Assembly (NCBI GenBank): GCA_910592345.1
Contig: CAJVPI010000054.1
Coordinates: 1-64,000, forward strand
Length of the DNA: 64,000 bases
DNA from: Paraglomus brasilianum
Taxonomy: Eukaryota
Direction: 5' to 3'
Shown: positions 55,045 through 64,000 of the stretch, piece by piece
Numbering within the stretch: the stretch's first letter is position 1
Layout: every line of letters starts with the position of its first letter
Made by a program: the position numbers and the translations under genes
The notes under the pieces: model-generated
Database searches by the model: none
Told to the model about the DNA's origin: nothing
Seen by the model: the letters and a program-made list of their open reading frames with translations, nothing else

Positions 55045-55240
55045 TCGTTAGAGATATTCGTTAGAGATATTCGTTAGAGATTGTACCATCCATCACCTAA
55101 GCGTTTACCTAATATTTTACTTAAACAAAATTATACAGTATAGTTTTGTGCGTGTGTGTGCTGTAAGTGTGACTGTAAGTGACTGTGTGTACTGTAAGTG
55201 ATTGTGTGTGCTGTAAGTGACTGTGTGTGCTGTGACTGTG
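55045..55240. repeat. Minisatellites (ttcgttagagata x~3; ctgtaagtgactgtgtgt-like units)
   Basis: Visible tandem copies. Confidence 0.65.
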
Positions 55241-57055
55241 TTAGGTTATTGTTTATTATTTGTTTCTTATTGTGTCGGGATAGCGGAAAATCAAGTTTTT
55301 CATTTTACTGTTTACTGTTCAACTGTGCCACTGCATGCCGATGCAAAATGTGCAACAGCTACTGCACAGTTGGATGAAATGGTGAATAGGCAAGCAGCTA
55401 GGCGTTGATGAAGGGAGAGTTTAGTGTAGGAGAATGAAAGGCAAGCATCGAGAGGCAAGCATCAGAAGACAAGCATCAAAAGGCAAGCATCCATCAAAAG
55501 ACATATATTATCTGGTGATGGGTATGGACAAATAATAATAAATAATAATAAATAAATAAATAAAACAAGGTATTGCCCGTTGATGAAAGATAGATAATTC
55601 AGATAATAGTTCATAGATGGCTCGGATAATAACGATGACAGACAGATAACATGTAATATATTTATTATTGTAATCCAACAATAATCTAACAATCCCATTC
55701 CTGTATTCATGTTCATATTCATTTAATGTATGTGCAGCGGGCAGCGCACAAAGCATGATATCCCTGCACGTTTGATGCTTAGTTATCATTCACGAATGAT
55801 TTTGTTATCACCAAAACTATAAGCAACAATGTTGATAAACTATTCGGCTGTTTATTTGTTTGATTACCTATGTATTTACTACATACTGTGTATATATGCA
55901 CTTATCGCTCTTATCGCCCTAATCGGCATTATCAATGTGTTTGAATGCTTTGATGTAACATGTCATTTAAATCATGCTTGAAAACAGTTTACTGTTGAGA
56001 GAGAGAAAATAAAAACTTGTATCAACTGAACAATGTGAATAAGAAATTTTGTTGTTGTTGTTGTTGTTGTGTTGTTACTGCTACTGTTGTTGTTGTGTTG
56101 TTACTGTTGTTGCTGTTACTTACTGTTACCCATGTTACCCATGTTACCCATGTTACCCATCAACCAACCACCCAACAAACTAACCTCATGAGAGAGTGTG
56201 TGATGCGTAATATTATCTTATGCAAGATGATAATCAATATTTATGACAACGCATCTCTGTATACATGCAAATGTATTACTCTGCTCATGAATTGTAGGGA
56301 ACGTTCATGTGAATTAGTAAAAATGGGAGAATGAAACACTTCTACGACATAAATAATATACCATCTTTGTGTCAAAGCTTAACATGTTTAATGAGAAAAT
56401 GTCCATCTATTTAGACCGGGTTGTTTTGACATTCTCTACCAACACTTGTTAAATATGACGTTTAATCAACCACATTCTTTACTGAATGTGAATACTAGCA
56501 TTGGTCGCTTTTTACTGCGTTCACAACGACAACCAATATCCCAATATCCCATATCCCATATCCCAATATAACCATAACAGTAACATAAACAATACCATTG
56601 AATATAATATATTGTATTATACAATTATACACCAGTTATACAGTTTATAAAAATCCACTATCTCTTATACACTGTCTCAAACAAATACATGTGTCTTTAT
56701 CTAATATGAATACATGGATATAAAATATACGCACATAAATACATGTAGGTGGACATAAATTATACATACATGATTATAAATATACATACATACGTACATA
56801 CAACATTCATACATACATACACACACATACGTACATACATACATGCAAATACTCGTTATATTATTATTTATATTGGCTATTGTAATAACAACAGCATCAT
56901 ACATCAATAATTTATACGGATAGTTTATAACGAGCAGCATATTTCTTCACACTTGATGTCGTGCAACCGCATATATTTTGGTTTATCGTGGACACAAAGC
57001 TGAAGGCAAAAACGCAGAGTCCAAAAGTTTACTTGGCTGGGAACAACCCAGGATA

Positions 57056-57343
57056 ATGTCGACCGCCACTCTCAGCGAGCTACCTAGCCACCAAACAATG
57101 AACCCACGAAAACCCTCTATAGCAAACCTCATGAACGACAACTCAAACGACCCTCCTCCTTCTGGCCTTACAATAAACAACCTTCTCAATAACGACCCCA
57201 CCTCCCACGCGTCCCACCAACCATACCATCACTCTCCTCAATATCCTCACCACCATTCCCCCCCCATACAAAACACCCAACAATCACAACGACCAGACTA
57301 CTATTCTTCCCCGAGACACCACCAACAACAGCAACAGCAGCAA

Positions 57344-57375
<32 letters not shown>

Positions 57376-60300
57376 ACAGCAACAACAACAACAGCAGCAG
57401 CAGCAACCATCTCAGCACATAAAACAAGACCCTTCATATACATCAAACGGTGTTGATAGAGCCGCCGCTGAAGCTGCCGAAGCTAGTAATATATTGATAT
57501 TATTAAGCAACCAAAACAGCCCTTCTCAATATCAACAGAGAGAAAGCGAACGTAAAATGAGCGATGCCGAGTTAGTTGCCCCTGTCCTTGCTTCACTCTC
57601 GAATGCAGAAAGAACAAATGTATGTATACAACAACAAATATACTTGATGCCCTGATTTGTAGTCGAATGTTGACGAGAGCGTATCGAGCCTTTGTAATTG
57701 AATGTCCATTTTCTACTCTCTATCTGAACGTTAATGTTAAATGTTATAATCGGTTTTTTTTTTTTACCATCGTCGATATTCATCTTTTCGTTACTAACTG
57801 TCTTAAACATCATTTCGTTATTGCGCGTATCCAGCGACCAAATAATACCATGTCTATTGCCTCTCTCTTGGGTATGCATGCATCCACGACTGATTGATTT
57901 GTAATGGTCAAGAGGAGATATTAATACAATTGTCGTTTTTCCACTATTGTCATGTAGGCAACGAATCACCTAGTACAGAACAGATGCCATCGATAGTAAG
58001 TTTCGCGTCACAGAGTCCCTTTGCCTCACGCCCCATTCAGATTTCTAATAAGCCCTCTCGTCACTCACTATTTCTCAATCAGAAGAAAGAGTCGCGATAC
58101 AATAGCTCGAATGATCCATATCAGGAGGGCGCAAACCAAATGATGGATTATCCTCAGTATGGAATAGAAAATGATGGTTTACCGCGAAAACCGCATAAAC
58201 GACTGCCGGTAAGAAGGCATGATTGACATGATTTGATCAATCGATACATTGATATTGATTTTATATGATGCCCCCCATACTCTATCAGGGAGGTTCACCA
58301 ATGTCGACAATGAATGCAAGAGTCACCCAGAAAAGCATACAAAAGCAACCGAAACGACCGTCACCAGAAACACCAGATTATCGTAAGTAATTTGTATAAA
58401 TGCATGTAATCGCTCATATATACACGTATACTCGATATATCGAATAACACGTCAATGCTATTCATACGGTTAGCACATAGGAAAGTGCCCCGCACAGATG
58501 AAATGCCACCTCATACTGGTAAACTGTCTGAATTGATGGATCCAGCAGCGCCTGAAGATCGAAAACCAGTCGTATCACATCAAGGTATACATTAATCATT
58601 ATGCTGTCGTCTACTAGTAATGGATGATATATATTTGTTACAACTTTGTTCAATTACAGTCGATTGGGAACGATCTTCACAATACGCACATGGTCGCCAA
58701 TTGTCAAGCAGTCCCATAAGCGAACCCCACGCCAACAGATATCATCCTTCGCAACCAATTCCAAAAAACTCGTCGGCATTTAATGAACCAACAAAACCAA
58801 CTAAATATGGCCCGTATGATAATAGATCGCAATTGAAATCGCCACCACAAGTGCAAAATGGATATCCTAGTATTGGTAATCACGTGAGTGTTTTTAGTTG
58901 TTGTTGAATAAAAAATTTGTTTGTTCGTCATTATTAACAGGCACACACATCCATGCACACACATCCATGCACACACATCCATGCACACACATCCATGTGA
59001 ACAGCCAGACTCACTTCATCAACCACAAATGCATCAATCTCAATTACATCAAACTCAAATGCATCATCCTCAGCCTAATGGACTTTTGGGATCTAGAGAA
59101 CCTAGCGCCTTTACAAATATCTTCCCCAAGAAATATCACGATATGGTATGTTACTCCATCCGCACCTAATTTTTATATCATCGTCTGGTGAATCATGGTG
59201 CTGATCTATTCCGTTCGAAACAGAAGAGCGATCCTAAGTTAAAGCGGAATGCCACTCATGCATATATCACATACATGATCTACACAAACAACCAAATGGT
59301 ATCTACATTTTTCAACAGGGTGTATCTGTGAATGTCAACAGACGCTAACATGTTACATATTTTTGTCTCAGGAACGAATAAAAGATCCAATGCTGCCACA
59401 AGCACAGCAAATCGCTCCTCGGCAACCAATTCTGCACAATAATAATACATCGCCAGTTATTAACAATGACCACCACGTGGTTTCAGACTCTGATGGCCAA
59501 ATGATCACACCTGGAATGTATGGATCGCGTGTCGAACATCCTAATTACCCAATTCCGAATCATGGATATCCTCACCCATCCGAGGTAATATAACCACAAT
59601 CCTGACAATGGCTTGTTTTCATTGGTTGTTAACTGTTTTAATAACACGTGCGTACCACTTTTAAATAGCAAATACCTCGACGATCATCAGCACCAGTACA
59701 CGCAGAGACACCAACACCAATCATTTCCAATCCACGCAGTCAGGTTTATAATAATCATCACCATCACCGCCAACCGCCGCCACCGCCGCCACTGTCAGTT
59801 AATGCTCCATCAGTCATGCAACAGCCGCCACCATCACAATCTCAATCACAACAACCACGACATTCAATACATCCGCATCCTTCTCCGGGTCTGTTGCCAG
59901 TACAGCAGCAAGGGCCACCGCATCCTCATGCGGTGAATGCTCCAACACCTAATCGTCATTATTCTCTCCCTGACATTCGTAATCCGATGAACGATCAACC
60001 ACGCCCTCCGACACTATCTCCGACTTTACGTGGTAATCCATCATCTCTTCCTCCAATCCAACCCGGTCAAACGTCACCACTCTCCCTTCAACCGCATCAT
60101 CACCATCACCATCACCACCACCAATCACATCATCCATCGCATCATCACCACCATCATCACACATATTCACATGACCATCCAGGCGCATCTCACCAATCGC
60201 ATTCTATTCATTATCCTCAGCAAAATTCATCACAGTATATGCCTTCACCAGGACAACCAATAGGTCCTCCGGCTCCTCAACCGCCATATCGGGATTCAAA

Positions 60301-60631
60301 GTCGCACCCACATCAATCGTCCATGCCTCCTCAATCGCCGTCATTAAATCCATCCGTGTCTCGATCTTCTGCTCCTCCGGCTTATTTACCTCACATACCT
60401 CCGCAACCGGCAACCCGTCTTCCTTCGGTAAATATGCAATCGAGTGACCATAATGTACCGAATAATTCTCTCATGATGAATCAGCCACCATTGAATAGCA
60501 GTCCCGGATATGTGGGAAATAATCATCCGCATCACATGAATATGGGGAATGTCCAAGTTCCAGTGGGTGGTGCCGGCGTACCGTTAGGACCACCGATGAA
60601 TGGGCGAGTTGGACATAATGGATATTATTAA
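57056..60631 (+). CDS. Large low-complexity Q/H/P-rich putative transcriptional regulator, multi-exon
   Basis: Exon chain with polyQ, polyH and polyP. Short motifs SIANLMN, TINNLLN, MSIASLL, AAEASNILILLS and a basic/aromatic segment KLKRNATHAYITYMIY. Exact exon structure uncertain. Confidence 0.7.
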
Positions 60632-61416
60632 CTAATTAATAGAGTGTTGGAGGAAGAAGGAAAAAAAAAAGTGTGTTATAATCGATTAGATGTGTGTTGG
60701 CGGTCATTATTATTAACAGTATTGGAAGATTGTCATTATATAATTATTTCAGTGCCCGTCTATTAGTCGATGAGTCAATCAAATTGGTGATGTCCGAGTT
60801 ATGTAGTTACTCTTCTTTTCCCTGTTTGTAAGATAATTTGCTTCTCCTTTTTATTGTACAGTTTGTTTCTTTTGTCAAAAAATTTTTTTAAACTCATTTA
60901 TATTCTTTAGATGAATTTCTCTAGTTCAAATTCTACGAGACGAGTAGTTGTGGGTGATTTATTCTTAGTAGGAGAGATTTGTATCTTAGCTGTTGATCAG
61001 TGGTAATAGCTTCTTTTTTTTTCTTTTCTTTTCTTCTTTTCGGCTCCTTTTTCTACTTTTCTTTATATTTCTTGTATGCATACACGTTCACTTTTTTTTT
61101 TTTTTTGTAAACATGAAAAAAATTTTTTTATAAAAAGAAAATTCGTTAGAATTCACATCGATATAAGAAGTGAGCTGGTGTACATAATCACTATATTATA
61201 TTAATATATACAAAAAAAAAAAAAAGGGAAATAATTGCAACACACCACGTATCATTGAAGTTAACATTGTCACTGCAAACATCGATTCATATTGTCTGGA
61301 ATCCCCGGATTTTACATCCTTGATACCAACCGCATTTTATTTTTGTTTTCAAAGCTCTATGACTATAATCACAATTAAATATAAATACAAATATGATTTA
61401 TTAATACTATAGAATA

Positions 61417-62567
61417 TCACACCCGGTCCCAATGCTGCTCTTCTGGAGTCTTTTCTTTTTCCTTTCTCAATTTCTTTACGCCCTTCTTAGCATGTTTCTT
61501 GAGAAACTTCATTCCTTGCTTGCACCCACCACCGCAGCATAACATATAATACAATCTACCGCCTAATAGCAACGTAGCAAGGGTCAAGAATGCGGCACTG
61601 CACTCTGCAAGTCGAATGCCTGGGCCAGTGAATGAATCACCAATACCTGGTATCAGTCCAACCAATTCAAAAACCCATACAAACAACAATAGATCAAAGA
61701 CTAGAGCAAGAACGTTCATGAATACAGCAACAAATAAAAACAGGGCGGCGATAGATGGTAGATTGAAAAATAGTAAAACAAGAGTGATAACATTGCAGAT
61801 GAGCGCAAAGAGGTATGGAACTGAGAACAATCCGGTTATTCCATTAATAGCCTTTTTTGGCTGGAAATTCTTCAAACCATCCAACAACGAAGACAACAAT
61901 TTCATTGCCTTTTGCGCAGCGTCAGCAGCAGCGTTGGCAGCGTCGGTTGCTACTTGTCCGGCCTTGTTTGCACCGTCTTCAGCTGCACCAGAAACTGCTT
62001 GTCCCGCATCGGAAGCTGCTTGTCCTGCACCGGAAGCTGCACCGGAAGCTGCTTGTCCTGCACCATTTATCGCTCCGCCAACGTCTAGTCGTTTGGTGAA
62101 TGATGGAATGCTAGAGTTGTTACCGACTATCTCGGATGAAGTCGGCACTGTTGTAATAGTAATGTTGATGAACTATTAGTTACAGCGATTGCGAAAAAAT
62201 AAAATAAAATATTTTTTAAATGGAAAACTTGATACTTACTCTGGTCAAACCGATAGACCATTGACGGTTTGGTGCATTTATCATCCACACAATGGCCATA
62301 CAACGTAAAGGTAATCGAAGACTTCTTTGTAATGAACCTTATCGGATCGTCGAATACAAATTTGCTCAGGTAAACCGAGCCGCTTCCTGCGATCAATAAT
62401 ACAGATAACAGCAAAGTCGACAGTGCAATTAATACAGCACTGACACTTATAAGCGGGTTCTTTTTGATTGGACGAACGACTTTTCGTTGGAAGAAGGATT
62501 TCTTCTTTTTTGGTTCACGAGTCGGATCGTCTATCTCTGCCAATTTGGACATTCTTTTCTCAGACAT
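61417..62567 (-). CDS. SUR7/PalI/claudin-like tetraspan membrane protein; 2 exons
   Basis: TM1 followed by LYGHCVDDKC loop motif, intron 62148-62239, three further hydrophobic segments, FTGPG before the last TM, Cys cluster and basic tail. Confidence 0.7.
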
Positions 62568-64000
62568 TTTGAAGTTGTGAAAAAAAAGGTGATATGTAGG
62601 ATAGAGGTATTATATGATGCGTGAATGTATGTATGTACGTATAGTATGTACGTATGTACGTATTTGTGAGTATAGCTGAGAATGCGATTAGGAATGAATC
62701 GTAAAGATAATGAATATCTGATTCAACAGGCAAGTCGCAAGAATGTCCACAGCCCGCTGTGTGCCTATATCTGTAAGTTAAAGAGATTGGATTTCAACCA
62801 GTCGAAATCCAATCTGAAAGAAAGTCTTGTAGATTGATCGCAACCGCGAAAGGGGGAGTAGAGAATGTGGATGAAGAAGATTTCCTTGGTGTTCAACACA
62901 GGAAAAAACCCCATCCTGCTAATTGCGCAAGCGTATTTAAGGTAATTGGTTTTTCGAGTCAAATGTTCTTGTTGTCTAATTACGAAATACAAACCATTGG
63001 TTGTCTATTGATGGTATTGTCTATAGAATGCATTGTCACAGAAGGCTGACTTGTAACAGCTTGGTGTTTGAAAACATAATCCTAAATGCATAATAGAACA
63101 AAGATAAAGAATTGGGTATTTTTAATATATAACCCAAAATTATTTCGGGCATGGCTGAATGCTGTGTCAGGGTAGAGATGCGGAGATGCGGGTAACAATC
63201 ATTGATATCCGAGTTTGGCCAGCTTTGTTTATCGGGATGGATGGTCCTGTATCACGCCATAAGAATTAAAGTCAACAAATCCAAACAAGGATTGTGGATA
63301 TTAATAGTGAAAAAACTGATGTTGTGTCCAGACACAACAAAAACTGGCCTCTTTATTAGTGGACGATAGAAGCGGGTGGGTTAGTGGTTCTTTGTCTTGC
63401 TAAATTTGCCTTCTTTGATTTCTGAAAAGGAAAAATGCAAATGAGGAATCGTAATGAGAAGAATAGGAAGATGATGGCAGTAATAATAATAATAAACGAC
63501 ATCATTAGTCCCCAGACTTGGCGCCTTCAAACTGGCGCAGTAAATCATCAAGTCGACAGTTATAAGAATTGTTGTACGTAAACATTCGGACAACGTAAAA
63601 CTGTTACGAGCAAGTGCGTCGTAATATCATTTTGCCATTGCATAATACCCCAAATACACATCAAAAACAAGTTAAGTAATTGTGGCACATGTTGACTTTG
63701 TTCTTGTTATACGTTTCAGTATTGTTTGGCCTTGTACAGAGACATACTAAAAAAGGAGACGTATGAACATTTTCTTTATGTGTTTGACATTGGTTTTATT
63801 TTTATCAGAATGTTGCGATGTGCTTGACTTTTGCGTTCGGATAGACCAAGTGAAGAGCGCAAGGGGTTCGAGAAAGAAGAGTGATCCTGTAGGATCATTG
63901 TCGTCGATAATCCTGACATAATATCAGTCGCTGTATAAAAAGATAAAAGGTAATATCATTAGTCGATTTAGTCCATATTAGTGTCACAGAATTCGGGCTT

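Noticed and set aside
50297..56940. Many short ORFs in the long intergenic region
   Set aside because: They arise from microsatellites and low-complexity sequence; no domain or splice support.
63850..63900. GGTTCGA T-loop-like motif suggesting a tRNA
   Set aside because: No cloverleaf stems can be formed.

Overview
AT-rich, intron-rich eukaryotic (fungal) genomic DNA. Gene content suggests Mucoromycota, probably Glomeromycotina/Endogonales-like (inference). Intact spliced genes: secreted hevein(CBM18)-glyoxal oxidase (AA5), Ran GTPase, CTK3, a Crinkler-like SAM/P-loop NTPase/REase gene, TLS1/C9orf78, delta-6 desaturase, an O-fucosyltransferase-like protein, uracil-DNA glycosylase, a universal stress protein, a Q/H/P-rich putative regulator and a SUR7/PalI-like membrane protein. 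There is also an intronless 16x Sel1-repeat gene. Several TA-flanked Tc1/mariner-type MITEs and transposase remnants are present. About 30.9-41.4 kb is a decayed island of DNA-virus/Polinton-like gene remnants: tyrosine-recombinase/telomere-resolvase-like, A32-type packaging ATPase, Zn-ribbon-repeat endonuclease and LRR. The island also carries an Mrr-like nuclease pseudogene whose 439-nt intron has a terminal stem over the predicted branch point and a duplicated internal-loop motif, the most unexplained signal here. Exon boundaries were read by eye and family assignments rest on motif recognition, not database searches.
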